Source of the DNA: Alphaproteobacteria bacterium
GTDB taxonomy: Bacteria > Pseudomonadota > Alphaproteobacteria > Rhizobiales > Beijerinckiaceae
NCBI GenBank assembly: GCA_016870035.1
Contig: VGCJ01000003.1
Location: 3,270 to 67,269 of the forward strand
Length of the DNA: 64,000 bases
Direction: 5' to 3'
Under the pieces are notes generated by a model. The model was given only the letters and a program-made list of their open reading frames with translations, made no database searches and was not told the origin of the DNA. A program made the translations under genes and the position numbers. Positions 30,098 through 39,538 of the stretch are shown here, one piece after another (the first letter of the stretch is position 1; each line of letters begins with the position of its first letter).

Positions 30098-32553
30098 TAA
30101 CGACGCCACTGCCCAAACACGCCGATATCGTCATCATCGGTGGCGGGATCATCGGATGTTCTACTGCGTATCATCTCGCAAAAAACCATAAAGCAAATAT
30201 TGTGCTCCTTGAACGTGATCGTCTCACCAGCGGCTCGACTTGGCATGCCGCAGGCCTTGTCGGCCAATTGCGCTCTTCTGCTTCTATAACGCAACTGCTC
30301 AAATATTCTGTGGAGCTTTACAAAAATCTCGACCAGGAAACCGGACTGAATACCGGCTGGAAAATGACAGGGTGCCTCAGACTCGCGACCAATGCTGAAA
30401 GATGGATCGAATATAAAAGATTAGCGACAACCGCGCAAAGCTTTGGGCTTGAAATGTCACTCATCATACCGGATGAAGTGAAATCCATGTGGCCGTTGCT
30501 CAATACAAAAGATCTCATTGGTGCAAGTTGGCTTCCGACGGATGGGCAAGCAAACCCTTCTGACATCGCGCAGTCGCTTGCCAAGGGTGCGCGCATGCAC
30601 GGCGCGCAGATTATTGAAAATATTCGGGTGAAGCATTTCGAGATCGTAGAAAACTGGATCAAAAAAATATCAACAACATCCGGCGACATCACCTGCGAGA
30701 AGGTTGTTGTTTGTGCCGGCCAATGGACGCGACAGATCGCAGAACTCGCCGGCGTTTCAGTGCCGCTTCAACCCGTCAAACATCAATATATCATAACCGA
30801 GGCGATTGAAGGCGTTCATGCCGATCTTCCTACGCTGCGCGATCCGGATAAACGCACTTATTACAAGGAGGAAGTTGGTGGCCTGGTCATGGGAGGTTAT
30901 GAGCCTAACCCCATTCCTTGGATCACGGACAATCTTCCTGATGATTTTGCCTTTCAGCTTTTCGATGATGATTGGGGTCATTTCGAACAACATATGACAG
31001 CCGCGATCGAACGTATTCCTGCGCTAGAAAAGACCGGCATCAAAAAAATGATCAATGGCGCAGAAAGCTTTACGCCCGATGGCAATTTCATTCTCGGTCG
31101 CGCACCGGAGCGCAACAATCTTTATGTCGGGGCGGGCTTCAACGCGTTCGGTATTGCATCCGCCGGCGGTGCGGGATGGGTTCTCGCAGATTGGGTTCAC
31201 GCGGGCAAAGCGCCAATGGATCTTTGGGTCGCAGATATCAGACGCTTTAGCGAGCATCATCGCGACAAACACTGGACCTGCGAACGAACGCTTGAGGCCT
31301 ATGGCAAACATTACAGCATTGCTTTTCCGCAAGAAGAATATGACTCGGGACGACCTCTTCTCACCTCTCCACTTTATTCACGACTCAAAGAGCTTGGCGC
31401 TGTTTTAGGCTCAAAACTTGGATGGGAAAGAGCCAATTGGTTTGCGCCTGAGGGCATTGAACCCAAAGATGTCTACTCCATGACGTCGCCCAACTGGACG
31501 CCCTATGTTGCCGCAGAACATAAAGCAACGCGGGTGCGTGTGGCACTTTTCGATCAAACCTCATTTGCAAAATTTGAACTTCATGGCCTCGATGCAAAGG
31601 CATTGCTTGATCGGCTTTGCGCCAATGATGTCCGCGTTCCTGAAGGCCGTGGTGTCTATACGCAGATGCTCAATGCTCGCGGTGGAATCGAATGCGATGT
31701 AACCGTTATGCATCTTGAAAATGGCTATTACCGGATCATCACCGGCACCGGCTTTCGAACGCATGACAAATCATGGATTCACGATCACCTTAGGGAATGC
31801 ATTAAAAATGTAGGCGTGACATTTAAGGATGTGACAGAAGACTATTCCGTACTTGCCTTTATGGGCCCTAAATCTCGAGATATTTTGCAAAGCCTCTCGA
31901 ATATCTCTTTGGCGAATGACGATTTACCCTTCGGGCATATAAAACGAGTAAAAATCGCTGGCCATGATGTCGATCTTTATCGCGTGACTTATGTCGGCGA
32001 GCTCGGCTTTGAACTACACTGTTCGATACGTGACACGGCAGCGATTTTTGATGCATTGATGAGGGCTGATAAGGAGAAAAATATCAAACTCGCCGGTTAT
32101 CGGGCGATTGAGTCCCTGCGCCTTGAAAAATTCTATCGCGCTTGGGGCACTGATATCACACCGAATGATACGCCCTTCGAAGCGGGTTTGGGCTGGGCCG
32201 TGAAACTTTCTAAAAATATCGACTTCATCGGGCGCGCCCATCTCGAGAAAATTTCAAAAGCTCCCCTCAAGAAGAAACTCTGCTGTTTTACTCTTGAAAA
32301 GAAGAACATCACCCTTGTGAGTCGAGAAACAATTTTAAGGAATGGCAAAGTTGTCGGCTATCTCACAAGTGGTGGCTATGGCTTCACTGTCGATCAACCC
32401 ATAGGCTTTGGCTATGTCAGAAACGCTGAAGGCATCAGTGAAGACTATCTCACATCGGGAGATTATGAATTGATCGTGGCTCAAGAAAAGATAAAAGCCA
32501 ATCTTCATCTTAAAGCCGTATATGATCCCAAAAATACACGGATATTCACGTAA
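30094..32553 (+). CDS. Dimethylglycine/sarcosine dehydrogenase-type FAD oxidoreductase with a C-terminal GcvT-like folate-binding domain
   Basis: 819 aa. DAO-type dinucleotide fold DIVIIGGGIIGCSTAYHLAK. Aminomethyltransferase-like C-terminal half (LFDQTSFAKFELHG.DA...GYRA..SLRLEK.Y..WG.D). Confidence 0.85.
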   Translation: MITTPLPKHADIVIIGGGIIGCSTAYHLAKNHKANIVLLERDRLTSGSTWHAAGLVGQLRSSASITQLLKYSVELYKNLDQETGLNTGWKMTGCLRLATNAERWIEYKRLATTAQSFGLEMSLIIPDEVKSMWPLLNTKDLIGASWLPTDGQANPSDIAQSLAKGARMHGAQIIENIRVKHFEIVENWIKKISTTSGDITCEKVVVCAGQWTRQIAELAGVSVPLQPVKHQYIITEAIEGVHADLPTLRDPDKRTYYKEEVGGLVMGGYEPNPIPWITDNLPDDFAFQLFDDDWGHFEQHMTAAIERIPALEKTGIKKMINGAESFTPDGNFILGRAPERNNLYVGAGFNAFGIASAGGAGWVLADWVHAGKAPMDLWVADIRRFSEHHRDKHWTCERTLEAYGKHYSIAFPQEEYDSGRPLLTSPLYSRLKELGAVLGSKLGWERANWFAPEGIEPKDVYSMTSPNWTPYVAAEHKATRVRVALFDQTSFAKFELHGLDAKALLDRLCANDVRVPEGRGVYTQMLNARGGIECDVTVMHLENGYYRIITGTGFRTHDKSWIHDHLRECIKNVGVTFKDVTEDYSVLAFMGPKSRDILQSLSNISLANDDLPFGHIKRVKIAGHDVDLYRVTYVGELGFELHCSIRDTAAIFDALMRADKEKNIKLAGYRAIESLRLEKFYRAWGTDITPNDTPFEAGLGWAVKLSKNIDFIGRAHLEKISKAPLKKKLCCFTLEKKNITLVSRETILRNGKVVGYLTSGGYGFTVDQPIGFGYVRNAEGISEDYLTSGDYELIVAQEKIKANLHLKAVYDPKNTRIFT

Positions 32554-32619
32554 AATGGGAGTGATACGGAGTTCTAATCTTAAATCATCCAGTCCGGATT
32601 AGTCCGGGAACCATACGCC

Positions 32620-33054
32620 GTGAGTCACGCTTTAACCGAAAATGACCTCTATGAACTCGTCGCCGATTTCGGTGAGTTCATCTGTATAGCGCTCCGACGC
32701 GATCACTATTTATCCCGTATGATCGATGCGTCGGAAAAATTTTTGAGCCTTGCAGAGATTATTGGTCATGAACGGGCAGCCTTCTTAAAAGATCACCCCG
32801 AAAGCGCCTCAAAAACCGAAGTGAGGAGCCTTATTGAAAAGCAAATCCACGAGGCACTCGATGCGCAGAATCCTGAAATCACACTAGCCATCTGGCTGTG
32901 CGAAAGTGATAATGGTCAGATCACGATGATTGAAGGGTGGGGCGAAGATCTCAACACCTATTTGAGCTTTCGCGTGGTCGGCCATTATGCCTCACGCGAA
33001 AGCGCCCTTGATGATCTTCACCGTCTCTATTTTACAAATCTATCGAAACAATAA
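32620..33054 (+). CDS. Hypothetical protein (no recognisable family)
   Basis: 144-aa ORF with a GTG start, acidic and soluble-looking. No motif recognised. Coding status rests only on ORF length and on the absence of a competing ORF on either strand. Confidence 0.4.
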   Translation: MSHALTENDLYELVADFGEFICIALRRDHYLSRMIDASEKFLSLAEIIGHERAAFLKDHPESASKTEVRSLIEKQIHEALDAQNPEITLAIWLCESDNGQITMIEGWGEDLNTYLSFRVVGHYASRESALDDLHRLYFTNLSKQ

Positions 33055-33072
33055 CGACCCGCCCCATCATCC

Positions 33073-34380
33073 CTAATGAAGCTTAAGTCGCGGCCGTACG
33101 ACTTGATTGACATGGCCCAAAACGATCAAAGCAAGTCCTTTGATAAAGCCATGGATACCAATCAAATGTTTGCGATAAAGACTCAAATAGACGAGACGCG
33201 CGATACGCCCTTCAACCGCCATGCGCCCGCCCACAAGATTACCCATGAGACTGCCCACGGTTGAAAAGCGACTGAGCGACACGAGCGAGCCATAATCGCG
33301 ATAGGTGAAGGGTTTAAGCGGCTTATTCATAATCATCGCTACGATGTTCTTATACGCCGTCAACGCCATTTGTGCGGCCGATTGTGCGCGTGGCGGAATC
33401 GGGCGAGCATCGCCTTCTTGTTTGTAATAGGCGCAATCGCCAATCGCGTAGATACGATCGTCGACCGTTGTCTGAAGTGTAGGCAACACTTTGATCTGCC
33501 GCGTCGGTGTGATTTCGAAATCGGCAAGATGTTCAGCAACATCAGTGCCTTTTACACCCGCGGCCCAAAGTTTCAAATCAGCTTCGATCACCTCCCCCGC
33601 TTTGGTCACGAGACCTTGCTCTGTCACGCGCGCAATTTGAGTGGAGGTTAATACTTTGACGCCGAGAAGTTCCAACTCACGTCTCGCCGATGCGGCAATT
33701 CCGTCCGGGAGCGCTGGAAGAATGCGAGGGCCGGCTTCGATCAGTGTCACCTGCAAACGCGCTTCATCGAAGACCTCCAAACCATAATGGCGAAGACCTG
33801 CTGCAGCATTGAAAAGCTCAGCGGCCAACTCAACACCCGTGGCGCCCGCACCTACGATTGCCACTTTGACATAGGCTTCCGCATCAGGATCAGCGGCGAG
33901 CCCGCGTGAGACACGAAGACAATTGTTCAAAAGCTTTTGCCGAAACCGATCCGCCTGTTCACGATTGTCAAGAAAGAGACAATGATCCTTCACGCCTTCA
34001 ATGCCGAAATCATTCGACATGCCGCCAAAGGCCAAAACAAGATAATCATAACGAATTCGGTGGCGTGAAATAAGTTCGGTGCCATCTTCATCATGGATCG
34101 GCGCGATCACCACTTCGCGTGCTTTCCGATCAACGCTCTCTAACGAGCCATAGAAAAAGCGGTAATTCCAACGATGACCGTGGCTGCGATAACCCACTTC
34201 ATCAAGATTGGCATCCAGCGAGCCCGAAGCAACCTCATGAAGGAGCGGCTTCCAGATATGCGTGTGATTACGTTCAACAAGGATCACGTCATAATCATCA
34301 CGACCAAAACGTGCGCCGAGAAGACGAACCAATTGCAACCCTCCGGCACCACCGCCGACAACAACAATTTGAGTTTTCAT
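33073..34380 (-). CDS. ndh: Type II NADH:quinone oxidoreductase (NDH-2)
   Basis: Two Rossmann motifs (IVVVGGGAGG, VAIVGAGATGVE), the GDCA motif (IYAIGDCA), and a C-terminal membrane-anchoring helix. Confidence 0.85.
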   Translation of the reverse strand: MKTQIVVVGGGAGGLQLVRLLGARFGRDDYDVILVERNHTHIWKPLLHEVASGSLDANLDEVGYRSHGHRWNYRFFYGSLESVDRKAREVVIAPIHDEDGTELISRHRIRYDYLVLAFGGMSNDFGIEGVKDHCLFLDNREQADRFRQKLLNNCLRVSRGLAADPDAEAYVKVAIVGAGATGVELAAELFNAAAGLRHYGLEVFDEARLQVTLIEAGPRILPALPDGIAASARRELELLGVKVLTSTQIARVTEQGLVTKAGEVIEADLKLWAAGVKGTDVAEHLADFEITPTRQIKVLPTLQTTVDDRIYAIGDCAYYKQEGDARPIPPRAQSAAQMALTAYKNIVAMIMNKPLKPFTYRDYGSLVSLSRFSTVGSLMGNLVGGRMAVEGRIARLVYLSLYRKHLIGIHGFIKGLALIVLGHVNQVVRPRLKLH

Positions 34381-34419
34381 AGTTCCTGACCATTCTATTT
34401 CTGAATTTGTTAAACGAAG

Positions 34420-34878
34420 TTAGAAGGAGAGCGCTCCGATGAGAAGAAGGAGCAGAGAGACCACAATCAAAGTGATGCTGCGCCGAAGGGTATAATACCA
34501 TCGCGGTACATAACCACTCTTGAAGAGGTTGTGATCGAGAAAAAAAAGGTAAAGAAAGCACAGCGCATGAAGCGCAAGCGTTGCGATATTCGGCAGAAAA
34601 AGCAGCGCCGCCCAAGCCACGAGCGTCACAATATTGCTCTTGATCAGAAGCGGTGACAAAGTAGTATCTGATGCTTTCAAAGCCTGCATCCAGAGAGTGC
34701 CGCTTAAAAATGAAATGATCAGCGTCGCATAACTCGTCGCGATATAAGCACCATCAATTCCATTTTGCGGAAGAACCACCACCAAAAGTGCCATCAAAAA
34801 CGGCAACGCGCCCGCAAGAGTAAGGCTTCTTGTGTGCCAAATAATTTTGGGTTGAATTTCAAAAATCAAATCACTCAT
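34420..34878 (-). CDS. Small polytopic membrane protein (DUF3429-like)
   Basis: 152 aa with about 4-5 TM helices. The family assignment is from overall pattern recognition only. Confidence 0.45.
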   Translation of the reverse strand: MSDLIFEIQPKIIWHTRSLTLAGALPFLMALLVVVLPQNGIDGAYIATSYATLIISFLSGTLWMQALKASDTTLSPLLIKSNIVTLVAWAALLFLPNIATLALHALCFLYLFFLDHNLFKSGYVPRWYYTLRRSITLIVVSLLLLLIGALSF

Positions 34879-34909
34879 CGATGTTTCACTTTAAATTTGA
34901 TCCATAAGT

Positions 34910-36445
34910 TTAGAGATCAAAAGCCAATTGGCTTTTTACGTTTTGTTTATTCAGAGGCGAACTACGCGATGACTTTGTCTGGACACGTCTTTTTCGGCTT
35001 CCGTGCTTGGCAACGAGTTCAACCGTGACCGCTCGGCTTTCAGGTGTGCGCTTAAGCCGATAAAGAAGATCACGTGCCTGTCTCGCTTGCGCGACATGAT
35101 CGATGATCGGAAGCGGATAGGTCTCTTCTTTAAAAGCAGGCCATAACCACGGTTCATGAATAAAGGCATCCGGAATATCCTTTAATTCCGAAACATAGCG
35201 ACGGATGAAAATTCCTTGCGGATCCTGATCCTGACTTTGTTTGACGGGATTATAGATCCTCACGGTGTTCATGCCGGTGGTCCCAGATTGCATTTGTACC
35301 TGCGACCAATGTATGCCCGGTTCATAATCAACAAATTTTCGTGCAAGATGCAGGCCCGTCTCACGCCATGGCAACCATAAAAGGTGGCTTGCAAAGGACA
35401 TCAGCATCGCGCGCATCCGGAAATTGATCCACCCATCTTGATCAAGCGCGCGCATACAGGCATCAATAAAAGGAAAGCCCGTACGCCCCTCGCACCATGC
35501 AATAAAGTGAGCCCCGTTCTCAATTGTCTCGCGCAGACCATCATAAGCCGAATGGAGATTTTTGAATTCAATCCGTGGTTCGTCTTCAAGCTTTTGAATG
35601 AAGTGGCAGTGCCAATGAAGCCGTGCAAGAAAGGAACTCAAAGATTGACGCCATGATTTGGCTTCGCGCGAAGGGTCTGTCTCAATCTCGCTGAGACGCG
35701 CCCTCACCGCATATGTGATTTCGCGCAAGGAAATCGTTCCCCATGTGATATGAGGAGACAATCGTGAGCAAGCGTCTCGTGCGGTCAATGGACTCGACAT
35801 GTGAAAGCGATAATTTTGCCCGCGATCATGAAGAAAAGTTGATAGTAGATTTATGGCTTCCCCACGTCCGCCATGTTGACGATTTACGCAGTAATCCGAT
35901 GAAGTAAACAACTCCTGAGCATTCGGTAATTTAAAAGGCCAAGATCCTTCAAGAGCTTCAAACCGATCTGATGCCAAGGTAACGGGCTCTGTCATCACTC
36001 TGTCCCAGCGCTGCGCCCAGCGATCGCGTGATGTGAGATGACGGATCACACCGCCCGTTTGCTCCTCATGCCATGGAATCGAATGTGACTTCATCCATTG
36101 CTTGATGCGGCGGTCGCGATCATAGGTCCAGTGATTGCCGGTCTCCTGATGGCTCCACAGCGATGCGATGCCATGTCGTTCATGAAGCGATTGGAAAATC
36201 GAGAGCGCATCACCTTTTAAAATACAAAGCGGTTGACCACTTTTTGAAAGATCATCATTTAATGACATCAAACACTCGCGCGCGAAATTCCATTGGCGCG
36301 CTGAATAATCCCTTTGCGCCCATAATTCGGGCTCAACAATGTAGAGAGGCAAAAATGGACCTTGATCCGCTGCTCGTGCCAAGGGACGGTGATCGTGAAT
36401 ACGCAGATCCTTCTTGAACCAGACAATCGACACCGGCTTCTTCAT
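34910..36445 (-). CDS. Cryptochrome/photolyase family protein with canonical domain order
   Basis: N-terminal alpha/beta photolyase domain (IVWFKKDLRIHDHRPL). C-terminal FAD domain (SRLSPHITWGTIS, TGFPFIDACMRALDQDGWINFRMRAMLMSFAS, DYEPGIHWSQVQMQSG). 511 aa with a basic C-terminal tail. Confidence 0.85.
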   Translation of the reverse strand: MKKPVSIVWFKKDLRIHDHRPLARAADQGPFLPLYIVEPELWAQRDYSARQWNFARECLMSLNDDLSKSGQPLCILKGDALSIFQSLHERHGIASLWSHQETGNHWTYDRDRRIKQWMKSHSIPWHEEQTGGVIRHLTSRDRWAQRWDRVMTEPVTLASDRFEALEGSWPFKLPNAQELFTSSDYCVNRQHGGRGEAINLLSTFLHDRGQNYRFHMSSPLTARDACSRLSPHITWGTISLREITYAVRARLSEIETDPSREAKSWRQSLSSFLARLHWHCHFIQKLEDEPRIEFKNLHSAYDGLRETIENGAHFIAWCEGRTGFPFIDACMRALDQDGWINFRMRAMLMSFASHLLWLPWRETGLHLARKFVDYEPGIHWSQVQMQSGTTGMNTVRIYNPVKQSQDQDPQGIFIRRYVSELKDIPDAFIHEPWLWPAFKEETYPLPIIDHVAQARQARDLLYRLKRTPESRAVTVELVAKHGSRKRRVQTKSSRSSPLNKQNVKSQLAFDL

Positions 36446-37659
36446 GATGAACGAAACCGATTAAGCAGTTTTGGAATTTTTTCTTTGAAAGGAAAAAAGC
36501 CTTTCGTGGCATGAGGCCAGAATGCATCATCCCACGCGCGTCTTCTGATCACAAAAGATAGACCAGCACTTTCAAATTGATGCCTCTGTTTTTCAATCCA
36601 AGATGCAACAAGTCCCTGAGTCGTATAGGGTGTAATAATCTGTTCAATATTATCTTGCTTCACGCCATCAATCACGCCTACATGATCTTGGGCATTGATC
36701 GATTTGACTGACACACGATATTTCTCTTCGAGACCCGATATTAACTCATCCGTTGCTGAGGAGACAAAATCAAAAGCCCGCTGACCCCAGAAGAACGAGG
36801 GATCATTCAAAAGATAAATCTGTTCAAAGCGAAATGAATGATCAAAAAGCGATTCAGGATGGAGATCCTCAGGATGAAGTAAAAGCGCAGATCTCAATGT
36901 CGGATCATGCGGCTTAAAGGTCGACAAGGGCATGGGGTCAGGGATAGGCAGATCAACAAGGGGCTCGGCATGGAGTGCGAGTCCCTCAGGCGCAAATCGT
37001 CCGCCAGTAAAGCGCGCAATATTTTCTTTGGTCGCTAGATAGGTCTTTCCTTGAGTTTGCAAGCCGCCGACCCACCGCCACGACAATGTGTTGCTTGCTG
37101 GATCGGCATCAAGAAGATGACGCAGAAAAAAATCTGCGCCCAATACCCATGGCAATTTCAGGGTAAAAATCCAAATCGACGCAAACCACATCCGCGCGTG
37201 ATTATGGAGATATCCTGTTTCTATAAGTTCTCGAACCCAATGATCAAAACCATCAAGGCCAGTGGTCCCTGCCAACGCGGCTTGAAGTGTTTTATCATGC
37301 GCGTAAAGCGGCGTGAGACGTACGACATCCTTTTCATAACGAAGCCAAACCTCCGGGCGTAATTCAAGCCAGCCTTTCCAATATGTCCGCCACAACACTT
37401 CCTGGATGAATTTTTCGGCCACCCGAAAAGAGTGCTGATCAAGCACCGCATTGACCACTTCGGCCTCCGTGATGAGACGATAGCGGAGATAGGGAGAAAG
37501 CCGAGAAACGGAATACGGCCGATCCGGCCCAAAGTCGCTGTTGCGATGAGCGGCGTAGTCTGCCCCAGCATAGGAAACAAACTGAGCGAGACGCTCCAGA
37601 GCCGAGTGGCGCGCGGGCGGAAACGTCATCAATGACGAAAAAGGCCCGTTCATCATCAC
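36442..37659 (-). CDS. Photolyase-family protein with inverted topology: the FAD catalytic domain is N-terminal (NewPHL-like)
   Basis: 405 aa. FAD-domain motifs occur within the first ~200 residues (SRLSPYLRYRLIT, VLWRTYWKGW, TGYLHNHARMWFASIWIF, DADPASNTLSWRWVGG). They are followed by a ~165-aa C-terminal domain. The stop overlaps the start of the 511-aa gene (ATGA). Confidence 0.7.
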   Translation of the reverse strand: MMMNGPFSSLMTFPPARHSALERLAQFVSYAGADYAAHRNSDFGPDRPYSVSRLSPYLRYRLITEAEVVNAVLDQHSFRVAEKFIQEVLWRTYWKGWLELRPEVWLRYEKDVVRLTPLYAHDKTLQAALAGTTGLDGFDHWVRELIETGYLHNHARMWFASIWIFTLKLPWVLGADFFLRHLLDADPASNTLSWRWVGGLQTQGKTYLATKENIARFTGGRFAPEGLALHAEPLVDLPIPDPMPLSTFKPHDPTLRSALLLHPEDLHPESLFDHSFRFEQIYLLNDPSFFWGQRAFDFVSSATDELISGLEEKYRVSVKSINAQDHVGVIDGVKQDNIEQIITPYTTQGLVASWIEKQRHQFESAGLSFVIRRRAWDDAFWPHATKGFFPFKEKIPKLLNRFRSS

Positions 37660-37829
37660 TCTCTTTGGGAATTTTTGGTTTCGAGTTAGGTTTTACGCGC
37701 GAACGACCGAGCGGATCATGCTCAGCACGTAGGGCAGGGCCCAGAGCAAATGGAGGGGATTGTTTCCCCTCCTGCTAAACGCATCGGATAGGCGCGAGCC
37801 GTGTCGGCCTTCGGGCGCTCAAAAAGTCA

Positions 37830-37914
37830 TGGTGCGGCCAAGAGGACTCGAACCTCCACGGGTCTCCCCACTAGCACCTCAAGCTAGCGCGTCTACCAAT
37901 TCCGCCATGGCCGC
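37830..37914 (-). tRNA. tRNA-Leu (anticodon GAG), type II with a long variable arm and encoded CCA
   Basis: The reverse complement gcggcca-tg-gcggaattggtagacgc-g-ctagc-ttGAGgt-gctag-tggggagacccgt-ggagg-ttcgagt-cctct-tggccgc-a-cca folds as a cloverleaf. It has a 7-bp acceptor stem, a 5-bp anticodon stem, a TTCGAGT T-loop and a long variable arm. Confidence 0.9.
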
Positions 37915-38029
37915 GTAGACTAGACCGGCTCAAGGGCCGAGCGCGGCGGTTATTTATCAGATGGATCGGGGGGCGACAAGCGCGGGAAGGCAAAAATCCA
38001 CCGCCCGTTCTAGAAGGCCATTATGGTCC

Positions 38030-38296
38030 CTAAAGGCGCTTAGTTACCGTGATCGCCACCGTGTCGCCCTTGACGACGACCGCGCCCCGGGCGATCAGAC
38101 GACCATTGGCGCGGATATCGACAAGATCATCTTGCACGGGATCGAGAATGATGGCGGCGCCGCGTTTTAACCGGATAAATTCACCGATGCGGATATGCCT
38201 TGTCCCGAGGACAACATCGACATCCACTTCCATCGCGTCGATGGGAAGTCCCGTGGCTCGCCTCATTGTTTGTGCTTCTGGATTATCGGAAATCAT
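38030..38296 (-). CDS. fliN: Small FliN/SpoA-domain flagellar switch protein
   Basis: 88 aa. The segment VDVDVVLGTRHIRIGEFIRLKRGAAIILD...DLVDIRANGRLIARGAVVVKGDTVAITV is a typical FliN C-terminal (SpoA) domain. Confidence 0.75.
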   Translation of the reverse strand: MISDNPEAQTMRRATGLPIDAMEVDVDVVLGTRHIRIGEFIRLKRGAAIILDPVQDDLVDIRANGRLIARGAVVVKGDTVAITVTKRL

Positions 38297-38308
38297 GGTT
38301 AAAAAATC

Positions 38309-39013
38309 GTGAAGACACGTAACGAGTCAGCTCCGCTCAATTTTTTTCGTGACGATCATCACCCTGTCGAATGGCTGGTGAGCGAAGGGCTCATTGCTTA
38401 TGAAGACGCACTCGCGCATATGGAGTACCGCGCCGAACATATTGCTGCCGGTAAAGCCTCGGAAGAAATTTGGCTCATTGAACATCCGCCGCTGTACACC
38501 GCAGGCATATCTTCAAATCCGCGCGATCTCGTCTCGCAGAAGTTCCCCGTCTATAAGACGGGACGCGGTGGGCAATATACATATCACGGCCCCGGCCAAC
38601 GCGTTGCCTATGCGATGCTCGATCTGACGAAGAGGCGGCAAGATCTTCGTGCCTATGTTGCCTCCCTTGAAGCATGGATCATTAAAACGCTCGCCGAATT
38701 TTCAATCACCGGCGAAAGACGTGAAGACCGCGTTGGAGTTTGGGTCAAACGTCCCGATAAGGGTGTTGGCTATGAAGATAAAATTGCCGCTATTGGCATT
38801 AGGGTTCGTAAATGGGTGAGTTTCCACGGCATCAGTCTCAATGTTGAGCCGGAGCTCAAGCATTTTTCCGGCATTGTACCCTGTGGTATTTCAGAAACGC
38901 GTTATGGCGTCACAAGCCTTGTTGATTTAGGTCTGCCCGTTACAATGGACGACGCGGATCACGCCTTGCGCAAAAGCTTTGAAAAAATCTTTGGGCCCAC
39001 AATCACGATTTGA
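38309..39013 (+). CDS. lipB: Lipoyl(octanoyl) transferase
   Basis: [32 protein letters not shown], and [20 protein letters not shown] motifs. Confidence 0.9.
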   Translation: MKTRNESAPLNFFRDDHHPVEWLVSEGLIAYEDALAHMEYRAEHIAAGKASEEIWLIEHPPLYTAGISSNPRDLVSQKFPVYKTGRGGQYTYHGPGQRVAYAMLDLTKRRQDLRAYVASLEAWIIKTLAEFSITGERREDRVGVWVKRPDKGVGYEDKIAAIGIRVRKWVSFHGISLNVEPELKHFSGIVPCGISETRYGVTSLVDLGLPVTMDDADHALRKSFEKIFGPTITI

Positions 39014-39464
39014 AACTTGATGTCGGCGCTTTGAAAAGCGGCACGCCCACTTTACGCCGCGCGATCATTCCCGTTTCGATCTCTTCACAATATGCATCCG
39101 GCAGCAAAGCTGCACGCGCAGCTTCAACAAGCTTTACCCGATCTTGCTGAGAGGCTGGGGGTAACTTTTCTGGTAGCAGATGCATAACTGCGCGTTTGGA
39201 ACCACCCTGCCCGATGATTGGCTGAATGATTTTTGATGCGCCGGAAAAACGGCGATCCAAAAGTGGCATTGCTGCCATGGGTACCTCGTAAAGCGTACCT
39301 TGGACCTCACGCAACGGATCACGCCCGATCGTTGCACGCGGACCACTCATCACGAGCAACCGATGGCGTGGCAAACACCCGTGACCCAAGCTCCTCACCT
39401 GCGGTGACAGGGCGGCCATGCGCGCCGGATCCATCAATTCGTCAAAGGCAAAATAAAGTAGCAC
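39003..39464 (-). CDS. Gamma-glutamylcyclotransferase-like (AIG2/GGCT fold) protein
   Basis: N-terminal [13 protein letters not shown] pattern (YFAYGS.M analogue) and a later GTLYEV segment. The assignment is pattern-level only. Confidence 0.5.
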   Translation of the reverse strand: MLLYFAFDELMDPARMAALSPQVRSLGHGCLPRHRLLVMSGPRATIGRDPLREVQGTLYEVPMAAMPLLDRRFSGASKIIQPIIGQGGSKRAVMHLLPEKLPPASQQDRVKLVEAARAALLPDAYCEEIETGMIARRKVGVPLFKAPTSSFKS

Positions 39465-39538
39465 AATAAATTTCCGCTACGTCAATAAATTTGCATTATG
39501 GGATGTGAGCCTTTTTGAAATCCATAAACCGATGATCC

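Noticed and set aside
37660-38030. Genomic island or integrative element at tRNA-Leu
   Set aside because: There is no integrase, no direct repeat of the tRNA 3' end and no phage or transposon gene on either side. The flanking genes are ordinary chromosomal functions.
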